From: Neodothiora populina
Taxonomy: Eukaryota
Length of the DNA: 64,000 bases
Assembly (NCBI RefSeq): GCF_041146345.1
Contig: NW_027191413.1
Coordinates: 1,054,001-1,118,000 of the forward strand
Direction of reading: 5' to 3'
Both the position numbers and the translations under genes were made by a program. Numbering within the stretch: the first letter of the stretch is position 1; the number at the start of each line of letters is the position of its first letter. Shown here in pieces: positions 35,795-49,008 of the stretch. The notes under the pieces were generated by a model. The model was not told the DNA's origin. It did no database searches and worked only from the letters and a program-made list of their open reading frames with translations.

Positions 35795-37565
35795 TTTGAG
35801 AATCACGTAGGGCAGCCTTGCAATACTCCAGCACGCCAGCCGCGATAGAGTCGTAGATCAAAATCATACATGAATAAAGATATGCTATGAAGCCGCTCAA
35901 GTCGTACATTGTGACTTATCTACACAAAAACCATAATACAATAAGTCCTGCTTCTCGATCTCTGGTAGCTCCAAAATGACCGGTATGAAGAGCATCACCA
36001 ACCTCATTTAAATACAGACGCAAGCGAGCACAATGGAAAATCGTCGGCTTGTAGGGGACAGCCTGTCGGCCAGACCACTGGTCTAAGCCGTCGCCTCTTG
36101 AATTTTGAATCTTGGATGAAGCAAATCTTCATAAGTGTGGCCTTTCCCATTGATATTGTGATGCGAATGCTCCGGGCCACAATTTAGACAGGGTCACCCT
36201 CTCTCCACGCTGACTTGCGAGGTAGAAGCTACGAACGGCAAAAATTGGAAGACTTGTCGTTGTATGTAGAGAGGCGATGACAATGCACTCCATCTTGTAT
36301 AATCGATATAGTGAATCTGACTATCATCATGAAAAATATGCGTCGTGTCACCTTACCTAATGAACCATACACTACCGAGGTGCATATGCAGTTTCGCTGC
36401 CACTGTACGTACATGCAGCTACAAGTACTTCTACTGTACCAATGGACTAGTGCCGACGCAGATCAAAGCTTGTTTAGACATCTGCCTCCCTCTTCATGCC
36501 ATGGTTGCTTTCGCTGAACACTGCTTTTTCTACGCAATCAAGATGCGCGGCAAGCTACAAATCATTCGGTCGATCTTCTACAAGATGACACGTCGGCAAG
36601 ACCTGACCACCTTGATGTGGTGATGCGGCAGAAGCTGAAGATTGTGTTTTCCCCCGAACGCCACCAGCTCGTCCTGAAATCGTGCGCCAGGAACACCCAG
36701 GCCCCTTTCTCTTATCTCCTGACTTAGACCCCGTGTGGGGCAATAATACAAGACGACACTTGCTAGAGCCTTCAGGTTTTCCGGCTCCATCTGCCTCGAA
36801 GACTAGCCAGGAGCAACATCAAAAGATGTACAAGTGACTTTGATAAGACTCAGTTCAGCCTCCTGGCTTAGTCTGGGTCTTCTGTACTCTCTTGACATCA
36901 TCCTGTCGAACATGCCGCTCCAAGTTTCCTACAGCTGAGGCTGCAGTCATGACAATTCGAAGCTGTGAAGACGCCAACCTATGTGTATATGGGCGGCCTG
37001 GACCTGATCTTCGCGGACCTTAGATGCTGTTCAGGTGGAGTTCGGCGAGTCTAATAAGGTTTCTACCGAGCACATCCTTATTGCGTCTTCGTGGCATTTT
37101 TCTTGCCCGTTAACATGCACTAGTGCCTCTCCTTGGCTAGCTGAGTTGCTTTATACTGAGGTACAAGCGTGGAAATGGTGTTTCAACTACTTGATATATC
37201 AAATAAGGCGGCACATAGGACCTCTCCATTGAGCCGTGGTTGCAAGATTACGCGTCCTATTCGCTAAATGGTCGCACTGCCATTCGCGCAAGCTCCACGA
37301 TGGCGCCTATCCCATGTCTGTTCTGATTCCAAAAACCTCCAGGCCCATTTTGGTATGCACCTTGACATGGGAACCCCTTCTTCGAGGCACTTCGCCTCGG
37401 ACTCGGCTAGGTATATATCACAGACGTTCGACTCGGGCAATCGAGTGCCTTCGCGCTCTGATGTAAGTCGTTTTTTTTTTCGAAGAAGTTGCCCGACTTT
37501 GGCAGTCATTCTTGATCAAGTCCTATATGTAAATTTTTAGTCATACTATCCTTATATTTCTCGTC

Positions 37566-39294
37566 ATGCGCTTTCTTCCGCTCATCTTCGTCCATACGGC
37601 TGTACTTGCCATCAGAGCGTGTGCCGCCTGTACACAGTCCAATGGCAATTGGTATTGCTCGCAGGTCGAGGCAATAACGTTAGTATATGCATACAGTCGA
37701 GCAATTATTGACTAATAGCCACTAGCTATCTCAATTTGGGAAAGGCTGGCTCCTATAACCGAGTCTCATTAATGAATGATAACAATGGTGAATGCGATTT
37801 CGCGACATTCAGCTACTCGGGATCAGTCGCTCCGTTCGACGAAGAGGTCAGTACGAAGTATGGCGTGATTGATAATGTTGCTGAGTGATCATACAGCTAT
37901 CTATCCACCTTCGTGGGCCCCTCTACCTGAAGCAATTCGCGTTCTATACCCCATCAGGCTCGGCTGCTAAAGCTCGACGCAATGCTCACGTGAACAAGCA
38001 TGTGCGAGATGCTCACAAGAGAGCTGTAGTGGCAGACAATGTCGAGATCGAAGAACGTGCTACTTCACTGACATGCCCGGGCTCGAACAGCACTAGCTAT
38101 ACGAGTAATGGGAAGACCTTCACCATCGAATGTGGCTTTGATCGACCAGGAAACATTGGAATGGTCTACACAACAACCTTCTCTGATTGTGTGGACCAGT
38201 GCGCTGCTAAAGCTTCATGCGTTGACGTCAGCTATCTCGCCAACTCAGGAGGCGCATGCTACATGAAGAGTTCTATTCTCGCACCTAACTACAACGCGAA
38301 TATCTACGGTGCAAAGCTAGCAGCATCCCAATCTTCTTCGGTGAAATCTAGTACATCAACAAGCAAGAGTTCAAGTGCAACGTCGACTTCCAAGACAACA
38401 AGTTCACTAACTAGCTCGAGCAAAGCCACATCGTCAAGTACCACTTCGACGAAGCCAACCTCATCATCTTCAAAGAGTTCTTCGACTTCAAGTAGTAGTA
38501 CTCCGCCTGCTGCGACTGGGGGCTCATGGACAAGACAGTCTTACTACAGTTCTACAGCTGGCACAGCTCAGAATGTGGTGTTCTTGAACACCATGGGTGG
38601 CGGGACAGTCTCTGGCGTATGGTCTTCGTGAGTTCGCTGTCGCCTTTCGATGAGAAACCTGCTCATGTTTCACTACAGATACTTCGGAAATTCACTATCA
38701 TACTCTTCCAGTGATGGAACCAAGGCTGCATCATCTGCGCAGGTCTTGTCCGACATGACACTTGCCTCTTCGACAGAGATCGCCCTGTTCTCCGGCACCT
38801 CATGCTCGAGCGGGAGCGGCTGTGGCTACTACCGTCCCGGAATCCCAGCATACCACGGCTTCGGCGGTGCTTCGAAGATATTCGTCTTCGAGTTCTCGAT
38901 GCCCAATGACGCGTCCGGAGATAATCAGCCAGCGATATGGATGCTGAACGCCCTCATCCCAAGAACCCAACAGTATGGATCATGCACATGCTGGGGTAAT
39001 ACCAACGGCTGTGGCGAGCTCGACATCTTCGAAGTCCTTACCAAAGGCGAGACGCGCATGACGAGCTCGATCCATGGAAACCAAGCCAGTGGTGACTCAG
39101 ACTATTTCGCCGGACCCATGTCTGGTACCATCAAGGCTGCAATCGTCCTTGATAACCAGCGGTTTCATATCAAGATCCTGAACTCTGCATTCAATATCGG
39201 ATCGACCCTCAGTGCTACAGATTACGCGAATCTTGTCGCTAGCACTAATCCATATGTACCTGGCGGGAATGTTTCGACTGTGACCCTGTCGTAG
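37566..39294 (+). CDS. Secreted Tos1-like cell-wall protein (DUF2403/DUF2401, GH16-like) with an inserted PAN/apple module and S/T linker; introns 37679-37725, 37847-37896, 38628-38678
   Basis: Signal peptide; GNWYCSQVEAITY, YSGSVAPFDEELSIHLRGPLYLKQFAFY, CGYYRPG, KIFVFEFSMP, PAIWMLNALIPRTQQYG.C.CW..GCGELDIFE. Confidence 0.9.
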
Positions 39295-39711
39295 TCATAT
39301 GAAGATAGTGTAGCTCTGACTCGGAGGATATGTTGTAACCCTCTTCACCAAATTACGAGAACTTTACATTCATAAATAATTTGACACTGCGTGACTTGAG
39401 ATGCCTGAAGCAATACAGTCATTCTATACGCTGAGGTGACTCAAGGTGCCGGAAATAAAGTCTTAAGGTATGCAGTGTCCTTGAACGGCATAGCATCAGG
39501 CTTGGCACAAGCCATCTCTACATCTTATGATCCTTAGAGGTAACTACAGTTGTATTTGATTAGATCCTGCAACCCATCACAAGCCCAATCATACACCGTT
39601 TCGTGTATACCAAGTAAATCTATAGACAAGCACAGATGTAAAGCCATTGCGACCTCGAGTTCGAGATAAGTTCTGTTGTTTGTACTTCTAAAGCCCACTA
39701 CTCTAACGAAG

Positions 39712-41118
39712 ATGCCCGACCCAGCACTAGAAGTCAACGAACACATCGACGTACTAGGCCAGCAAGCGTCTCTAAAACTATACACGCAAACATCGTCTAT
39801 CTACGCAGTGCCAGACGACTCGTTATACCCAGCAGTGATCCAACGACTACAAGCAGGTCTAGAACAACTGACAGCGCATTTCCCATGGGTAGCAGGTCAA
39901 GTCGTCAATGAAGGCGCCCGCGAAGGCCACACGGGTGTTTTCAAGATCAAGACGCTGGGCAGGAGCCCTCGACCAGTGGTGAAGGATGCAAGGACAGAAA
40001 GTGCAGCGCCGACAATGGGCGACCTTCGACGAGCGAGGTTTCCGTTCACGATGCTGGATGAAAGCCTTGTGGCTCCGCGAACTACACTTCCGCTGGATCC
40101 TGAGCAGTTTGCGGCGAGTCCGGAAGAAGTGTTTCTTGTTCAAACTACTTTTATCACTGGGGGTCTGGTGCTCAGCTTTCTGGGGCATCATCAGGCGATG
40201 GATATGATTGGACAGGGTCAGGTCATTGACCTGCTTTCGAAAGCATGTCGGAATGAGGCCTTCACTAGCGAGGAGTTGTCGATTGGTATTCTTGAGAGGA
40301 AGAATCTTCTCCCTCTTCCTGATGAGTTTGATCGCTCGGAATTCACGCATCAGCTTACTACGCCTCCTGTACAAGCAAGTCCGGACAGCACTTGGATGGA
40401 GGTAGAGCCGATACCGCCTCCCTCACCTCCCCCTTCCCGATGGGCTTACTCTGCCTTTCCGCAGAAAAACTTGCATCACTGAAGTCATTGGCTTCGCAAA
40501 CTGTCACTTCGCCTCCTGGCTACATCTCTACAGATGACGCGCTCACAGCTTTCGTCTGGCAATCCATCATGCGCGTCCGGCTACCGCGCCTAGACCCAGC
40601 CAAAGAAGTGAACTTTACCCGAGCGGTCGATGTTCGAAAGTATCTGAAGATACCCACTACATACCCTGGTCTTGTGCAGAACCTGACGTATCACAAGTCC
40701 ACGCATCATAAACTCGTAGACGAGCCACTAGGTGTAATCGCATCGCGGCTTCGAGTGGCCGTAGATCCCAGGACTTCGACGCTTGGTCACGATACGAGCG
40801 CCCTTGCTACCTTCTTCGAGCGGTCTGAAGACACAAGTGCTGTGTCTCTGGTTGCTGGCTTAGACTTTTCATCGGATCTGATGCTAAGTTCATGGTCGAA
40901 AGTTGGACTTTGCGATCGTGATTTCGGCCTGGGGACTCGGCAAGCCTGAAGCAGTGAGGAGACCACGATTCACTCCGGTCGAGAGCTTGATCTATCTGCC
41001 TCCTAGAGGGCTCGATGGTGAGATTGCTGTCGGGGTTTCTCTGAGGGAAGAAGACATGGTGAGGTTGAGTAAGGATAGTGAGTTTGTCAAATATGGAAAT
41101 GTATATTCCATGATTTGA
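39712..41118 (+). pseudogene. Trichothecene 3-O-acetyltransferase (Tri101/Ayt1-like BAHD-fold acyltransferase) with two frameshifts (~40456 and ~40932)
   Basis: DVLGQQ..LKLYTQ, FPWVAGQVVNEG, HQAMD (HxxxD), ISTDDALTAFVWQ, SSW..., DFGLGLGKPEAVRRPRF. The protein is split over three frames with no intron signals at the breaks. Confidence 0.8.
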
Positions 41119-41414
41119 CTCTGGCCGGTGCAGAAATTGCAGTTCTGGCCATGTGATATAATGTGGTATTCACCTTCACATAGTGTTGACAGGGAACACT
41201 TTCTTGCATTAGTCTATCGAGTGTTGTCCAATATCGAGCACTTTTTGTTGTAGTTCGACATGTCACAAAGCGATCTGACACTCGTCTTCACCTCCGCCTT
41301 CACCTCCACCTTCACGTTGATCAAGGTGGTCTGAAACTCCACCAGCTTTCACATACCACTCAGAGAAGCTCCTGGTTCACTGTGAACACAATCGACCACT
41401 GCTGCCATATAGCA

Positions 41415-42287
41415 ATGAGCGGTCCGAGCCACAGCATGAACAGCGAGGGCGATGGTGAGTGCGTAAGCTACTTGAAAGAAAGCGAGACTGAAGACTGATC
41501 CCTCGAAGGACAGGACGGTGACTACTGGCTTGACCTTGAGAGATTGGTCTCAAGGATACTAGACTACAACATCAGTGGGTCCATGATAGCCCGGGATCTC
41601 ACTCCGGACGAGTTCGCAGCCGTGAAGAGAGACTTCACAACCGTGATCCTTGCCCTTCAGAAGATATCGAAGAGCTTAGGCGGTCGTGATAGACCAGGTG
41701 GCGAGGAAGCGAATCGAGCGAATGGACTACTTATACGCTCGCGGTACTAACATAGCGGCGCAGGATTCCAGAGAAGCAATCGCATCGACGATAAAGCAAG
41801 GAAACATAGCATGAATCATGTTTCGCAATTGGCCATGACCATAGCGAAGACAATCCAGAGATTGAAGAAACCTCAATCGGCTTTCCACCAGGAATCAAGC
41901 AGTAGCGATGAAGGCAGAGCAGGAGGTGTTATCGCCAAAGCACCAAGGTCCACTAGTACGAATGTACGTGTTCCGATACTGTGGTCTGCAGAAGAGTGGC
42001 GAAGAAAGACACCAGACCCTGAAACTGCCTCAGATCTTCACCCGAGCCGTCCTGAACGATCGGACATTGTCGTGTACGATCTAGACACTAAGATCAGATA
42101 CACCTGGCAGGTCAGACCAGAGGAAGGGCTCAAGGCCGTCATGGAAAAGTTCGCCGTGGCACGTGGCAGCGTCTCATGGACTGACCGGGTTCGTTTCTTC
42201 CATCGGGGTTCTCGAGTGGATTCAACCGAAAGCCTCCCTTCCCGCGACATCAAGGATGGGATAAGCATATTCGCTAGAATAATTTAG
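41415..42287 (+). CDS. Orphan protein with a C-terminal SUMO/Rad60-like ubiquitin fold; probable exons 41415-41454, 41509-41697, 41764-42287
   Basis: C-terminal VRPEEGLKAVMEKFA..RG....VRFFHRGSRVDSTES.....IKDG.SI resembles the SUMO core. Splicing keeps the frame, but the second donor (GTGGCG) is weak. Confidence 0.55.
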
Positions 42288-43016
42288 GACGACAAAGGCA
42301 TGTCGTAAGCATAGTGCAGTTCTGCTCTGGATCATGCGCGACCAGAGATCATGGAACAGGGGTTGCAGCGACTCGATGATACGATGCTAGTACATCGCAT
42401 CATGCTCCTTGTTGCTAGAGAAGATGATCAGGGCACTGATCGCCATCACTACGTAAGATACCCAAGCGCGAGGTCGGATGAGGAAGCTGACATACACAGA
42501 CAGACAGTCAAGGGATCATGGTGAATGCGAACCTCGGGGTAAATTCGCAAATGCAAAAACTCGAACGTTGTAGAGGAGGTATGGTCGAGCGAGGGACACT
42601 CATAATGAAGTGCGTCTAAATGCGAACAATATCCGAAGGGGAGCTAGATCTCCCTGTAATCAGATGGCATGATAAAAGACGCAGATCTTGGCATGCTGGG
42701 TGGCACTTGGCACATTATTATGCATGGGTCACTTGCGGTCATCCCACTTGCCACTTTTGTCACACTCGGGACGAGGAACAGCTTTCTTACATCTTTGCAA
42801 TACGCCAAAATGAAATTACCACACTATGAAATTCGTCCGCATGCCCAAATAGTACATTGCTGTAGGGAACATGATGAATAACGCCATGGGCACTCCTGTA
42901 TATCCTGTACCCATGATGATACACCTATGCCACTATAACGCTTAGTTGGCATGCTAGCTCCCAGCACCAGCCGGCCACGGAGAAAAGTTGCGTCTTTATC
43001 GGACTGAACGCGGAGA

Positions 43017-45005
43017 TTACTCGCGGGAAACATCGCGACCGAAGGTCTTAGCCTTGATCCAGTCAACAAGGACGAGGACACGGTTACGAGCTAGATGCGG
43101 TTAGTGACTGAGCTTTCATGTAAGGGATTTTGAGCAACTTACTGCTGAAGCACATGCTGAGGTAAGCGCTGCGCCAAAAGAAATAGGTGAGGGTACCACC
43201 ACTCGCAAAGTTACCGGTCAACCAAGAAATATCGGCAACGGCTTTCTCGCTACCGATGTATGCAAGCGAACCCTGGTGAGAGTACTCGAAGGGTCCCATC
43301 TGCTTGACCCTCCTGAGGCGCTTCTGGAGATCCTTGATATCGTTGAAAGCCTCGTCACGGCTCTCCTTGTTGGGTGCCTTCTCTTGCACGTCCGAAAGCT
43401 TAAGGAGCTCGGTCTCGATCTCCTCAGTCTTGGCCATCTGGTTGAAGAGGCGAGCCAAGAAGCTGCCCTCCTGGGCTGCGACCTGGGCGGTAGGAGCATA
43501 GTTGGCGATAGCGCAGTCACCAACGGCCCAGACATTCTCTGTACCCTTGACGACAAGGTATTCGTTGACAGCGAGACCACGGCGAGAGTCCTTTTGAGCG
43601 GGGATCTGGGACATAAGGTCCTTGACGAGAGGGCGAAGTGCGTTACCGGTGGCCCACACAAGTAGACCGAATGGGATCTTCTCTACGATCTTCTTACCAT
43701 CGGGACCGGTGGATTCAGCTTCAATGTACTTGTCGGTGACTTTCTTGACCATGGTCTTGGTGCGGATATCAATGGTCTCCTCCTTGAAGGTTTGCTCGGT
43801 GTAGTCAATCAATTGCTTGGAGAACATGGGAAGAACCTGCGTCTGGTCAGTCAGGAAGTCTCAAAAGACAGCACAAAGCAACGTACGCTGGGGAGAGCCT
43901 CGACAAGGGTGACCTTGAAGTTCTTGGTAATCTCGGGCATCCACTTCTTGAGATCGCCAGAGAAGAAGTCCTGCAATTCACCAGCAAATTCGACACCAGT
44001 AGGACCACCGCCGACGACGACCATGGACAAAAGACGCTTGACTTCTTCAGGATCTTGGTCCTTGAAAGTAGCAGTCTCACAGCAGTCCATGATGCGTCTA
44101 CGAATTGCCTGAGCATCGCCGACCTCCTTCAAGAAAAGACCATGTTCGCGGACACCGGGGATACCTAATGGACATTGTCAGACAATCGCCACATGAATGA
44201 AAAGCACTTTGCACGTCTGCTTACCAAAGGTGGCGTTCTCGGCACCAACACCGACAACGAGCATATCGAAAGGCACTTCAGTGGAAGAAACAGATCCCTT
44301 TACTTCAGACTCATCGTTGACATAGACAATACGCTTCTCATAGTCGATCTTTGTAGCCTCGGCCTCGTAGTACTTGACGGAAGCTTTCTTGTGACGAAGG
44401 AAAGAACGGATCGGCTCCATGATAGAGCGGTGCTCGATTTGACCAGTAGTACATGACGGAAGAAGGGGAGTGAAGAGGAAGTAGTTGCGCGGAGAGATGA
44501 CAATGACGTTGTAGTTTTCGGTGTCGAGATTCTTGAGAAGAGAGACGGAGCCCCAGCCAGTGCCTTGCGCAGGTTGTCAGTGGGGTATGCAAGAGGACAA
44601 CAAGAAGAAAAGAAGCATATCAATACCTAGAACGACCAGAGTCTTCTTGCTTGGGTCAGGAGGCTGCTGGTCAGGAGGATTCCTTGACTCAACAATGCCA
44701 TAGGCAACCCAGCCGAATCCAGCGATGGCGGAGAGATAGGTAGCTCTCCAGATCCACTTGAGAGCTCTGAATCTGCTCTTCCTGGGCTTGGCGGGAGCAA
44801 CGGGAGCAGGGGCAGCATCAGCGTACGACCGTCTGAAGGACGAACGAAGCTGCTGAGTCTTGCACTGAGTAGCACGTGCGGACTGGATTCGTGACACGAA
44901 GGCCGACCTCGGCGTAGTCGCAAATGTGCGCCTGGCGACATGGCGGGCGCCAAGTGCAGCGCTGACAGAGGCGGTAATGGGCCTCATGGCAGATGCTTGA
45001 GGCAT
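43017..45005 (-). CDS. NDE1: Type II (alternative, external) mitochondrial NADH dehydrogenase; 5 exons
   Basis: Mitochondrial presequence; [77 protein letters not shown]. Start is ATG 45005 or 44987. Confidence 0.92.
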
Positions 45006-47940
45006 TTGCAGCCTCAACAGTCGGAATGCGACGAGAAATGGAGGGGGGGATAGATGGGGAATGAAATAGAGAATCAGTGAGCGAAGCTGCTGGGAAATAT
45101 TATTCAGGGAAGCAACTTCCCGGTCGCAAACTTTCAAGCTTTGACCGCGTTGCAGTATCTTGAACCCATTGGAACGGATTGACGTGCGTGCGGCATACGG
45201 CCGGCGCGGGTTACGATATCGACATCGACATTGCTCCCGAAACCTCCCTATTCTCCGTACTACTGTAACTGAGGTGTGCAAAGCCCGCTCGAGTTCAACG
45301 CCGGTTCTGGCATCTCGACGATCTGCAGCGCATGCACAGATGTCCAAATCTACATTGCAGCACGCTGCGCTGCACGTCCTGCGTAGTCGCATATTAACCG
45401 CCTCGTGCGATATTATCCGTTGCCTTCTTCATGCTGCATGCTGCAAGTCGTCTCTTAATCACTTTCTCCAATCGTAGAGCATCCAGCGTTATCCGGGTGC
45501 ACACATGCACAATCGCGGGTGCTCTTCCGCGCCTTTATCTTGTTCAGGGCAAGAGGAAGGATGAAGGAGCACACTGTAGAGCTGCTCTTTCCGCCCCTTC
45601 CATCCGCACAGTCTACTTGTGGTAGAGGAAAAGCCACATACTACCAGTCTCCGGAAACAGCAATATTGTAATTCATGGGTGTTTGTCACACGCTGACCAT
45701 TGCCACCATGTACCCGTTTATTGGCTGTTGGGTGGGAATCACCGACATCTTCGCATTCGGACGCTGGCCGATGATGTACCTACCGTGGGAATTCGGCCCG
45801 ATCTTGACGAGACGTACCTTATCTTGATTGCATAATTGCTGATTCGTGACATAACACTCAGATCTCGTCTCGGCATGCATACTGTCCTTATGTCTAACGT
45901 CCATGTATGTGAAATGTCTACGAAGATTCAATACTGCGAGACTAGGTACTCAACGACATAGCAGTATATCAAGCAGTGCGCCATAACGCACAATACTTCC
46001 GGCTACGCCTCTAGCACAAGACGGCTTTATGGTCCAAGAAGCGGTGACCCTTACCCTGCAGCTTGGGTTGACCTTGGCGCTTCGGACCGGACATGGCGTT
46101 CGCGTCCAGGGAAGTTGTTCCTATATCGAAACAAGTCACCCTTGACCCCTTGGCGCACACAATATTTGCTGGAGGTGACTCCTGGTCAATATAGGCGACT
46201 TTGACCCAAGCTGGATCAAATTCTTATGGGCTCCGTACTGTATCACCCATTCTTTGATCACAGTTCGGGACCTGACTCTGTCGAGCATCCCCATGGAGAA
46301 AATACAGTACTTGCAGCATTAGAAACCTTCCCCACAGTATACAGTAATTGACTTACTTACAACAAGGTATGACACGCCACAGCACGTCCTCGTGGTTGTA
46401 ACACGGTAACCGCTACTCAAGCAAGCCATTTCGATAATCCATCTGCCCGATACATCGGATTCCGACCCAGCCGTTCGTACGCTCCTTTCCTCCGTGTCGA
46501 GCAAGTCGATGTCCGGATGGCCGAGCACTGGAATTGCCTTGAAGCGATGTATTGTCTGATACCTAATACCACACCAGCGACGATGTCTGACCTGACGCGT
46601 CTGTCCAGTGTGGACAATGAAAAGGCCATCCTGGGTCATATGTACACTCTGAACGCAACCTGAAGCATGATCTAAATCTGTATATGCTCTGAGACCAAAT
46701 GGTGCAGGAAGAAGTCTCGGACATGAAAGACATGCTCACTCTACCTATCCTGGGTTTCCATCGAGTAAAAGTCATGAGACTGTTATTTCTATATATTTGA
46801 GATATCTTTACCACAAGTCACGCTCCTGAAAAATCACAATACCCTTCTCTCAGACTTCTGCGGTCTAAATATCCGAGCTGTAACCCATAGTCAATTGCTT
46901 CCCAATCGAGATTTCACGAATAAGTGCAGCCTCAGCATGTCAGGCGCACCTGATCATACAGCCCAGTCCGCGCTGCCTATAAAGCTCCCATTATTCGTCG
47001 ATGTCTTCTCGCCGACAAGCCGCAACTTGGTCCTGGGCTACCCAACATACAGTCCAATCTTGGAGCGTAACCATCACCCAAGACCGATCTTGACCAATTT
47101 TCCCAGCGAGCCCTCCTTCTATCGCTTCTCTCAGCTGATCTCGGTCGTGATGATTAACGACTCAGCCGAAGTTCCCAAGGACCACCTATCTTCGGACTGG
47201 GACCTCACCTTAGGCCCTGCCGGATATAAGGACGACCGCGATGTCAAGAACATGACCTACGATGGTCGCCAGACCTCTGTTCTATTCCCAACCACCTCGC
47301 GACTGATGAATCATGTATTAACTGCTTTGGTGACTCTGTGGCGATCTTGGAACAGCGCCAACCCATCTGTCCGCATGGCTTGAAGCATCAACAGACAAGA
47401 AAGCCTATTTAGGATCTTCTAGCATGGGGCTCTGTAACATCATGACATTGTCTAAGATCGTCTTTACGGCGAGGCAAGCAAAACATGGGGCTGCAGGAAA
47501 GACTGCCTATCTCAAAAGAAGTGGTCATATGAAGTGCATGAATAGCCAGATTACTGCAAAATTAGTGTTCTATACTCCCCAGCAAGATTGCAGACTAATC
47601 TATGACCGAGATGAGTCCCTCTCGTCTATCTACGGAATGAAATGCTATCTCACTTCGATTCGTACATATGGTTCATCTCTATTGGAAGACACCGGGAGTA
47701 ATGGCTCAAGTTTGGTACAATATAGGTGAATCGGCTTACGGGGAAAGTCAGACGAAGGATCGATATGGTAGACCTAATTTTCCTCAAATGCTCACACTCC
47801 AGAAGATAACACATCACTTTCACTCTCACTTCTTGTCTCGAGTGCTCACTTTTTCAGTGTAAATGTATAAGTCAAGCTCATTTCCGGAATTATAACATTT
47901 CGTCCTTCTGTTAATAACTCAGTAAGATCCTTAGGCAGCA

Positions 47941-48789
47941 ATGGAGAAGCCAAATGATAGACCCAATGGTACATCCACTATGCCCAAAGTCACCGAACCA
48001 CAAATTTCTGCCACGAATGTTCCATCTTGCACACCTACTACGCATGAGGAAATGACATTGAACATCAACGAAGCAATCATTTTGACCGTCCCTATCGCTG
48101 GACCTGGTACGAGAAGGTCTGCTGATGCTCGTTACGATGACATCATGGACAAGAGCACTCCTTGCACGGTCAAATCAATCGTGTCAGATCGAAGTCCACA
48201 TCAGAGTGCGAGAAGAGTGGGAAGGGCGGATCCTGCCTTAGTAGACACCACATCTGCCCCCTTAGAAGAATTAGCAATCGCCTCTGGGATCAAATGTCAG
48301 GTCACCTTCAACGAAGACATATGCTACGCGACCTCGAGCCAACAAGACTCAGCCAACGTACTAGACTACGAAGAAGCACGTCCCCTTCCTCCTCTTCATG
48401 TCCCACAGAAGTCTTGATGGCCGACTCGAATACTTACTCACCTAGTTATCACATTCCAATCCCACAATTCCCACCAGAACGAGCGAGGAACCCACCTCCC
48501 TGCACGCCCTCAAAGCCCAAACCAAGCACCTCCAATCCCAAAATCTCGCCCTGCAAGAAGACCTGACCCGCACATCCCTCGCCCTATCCAACGCAGACCG
48601 AGCTCTACGCAACAAAACTCGCGCATTGGCTATTTCGAGAAGAACCAAAATCGAAGCCAGGGAGAGGTTGAGGAGACTTACAGTTTTCGTGGAGAGGATT
48701 TTTTGAGGAGAGAATGGGGAGGGCGGGGTGGAGTTTTGGGGAATGGTCGAGGAGATGGGGATTAAAAGTTTGCTTGGTGGGAATTGAGG
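47941..48789 (+). pseudogene. Possible orphan or decaying gene (158-aa ORF followed by a coiled-coil-like segment in another frame)
   Basis: TATA-like box at ~47866 and ATG 47941. Downstream frame reads LHALKAQTKHLQSQNLALQEDLTRTSLALSNADRALRNKTRAL with a later stop. No homology recognised. Confidence 0.25.
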
Positions 48790-49008
48790 ATAGTCATAAA
48801 CTGTGACTTCAAAAAAATCAGTATGGATAGGAGTGATCACATGCTTAGCATTGAAAACGAGAAGGGATAATGTTTCAGAGAGCTGACTGTGTTATCGTGT
48901 GAACATTCGCGAATACTTGAACTAATATTATCTTCAGAAGTGGGCTGGAATCTACTGACTGTATCTAGAGTAGGCATTTGTACTGTGTTCCCATCATTAC
49001 ATTATGTC

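Noticed and set aside
37566..42287. Tos1-like, acetyltransferase and SUMO-like genes as a secondary-metabolite cluster
   Set aside because: No backbone synthase (PKS/NRPS/terpene cyclase), P450 or cluster regulator nearby.
45006..45392. N-terminal extension of the NDE1 exon-1 ORF
   Set aside because: Promoter/UTR-like sequence; the presequence begins at MPQASAM/MRPIT.
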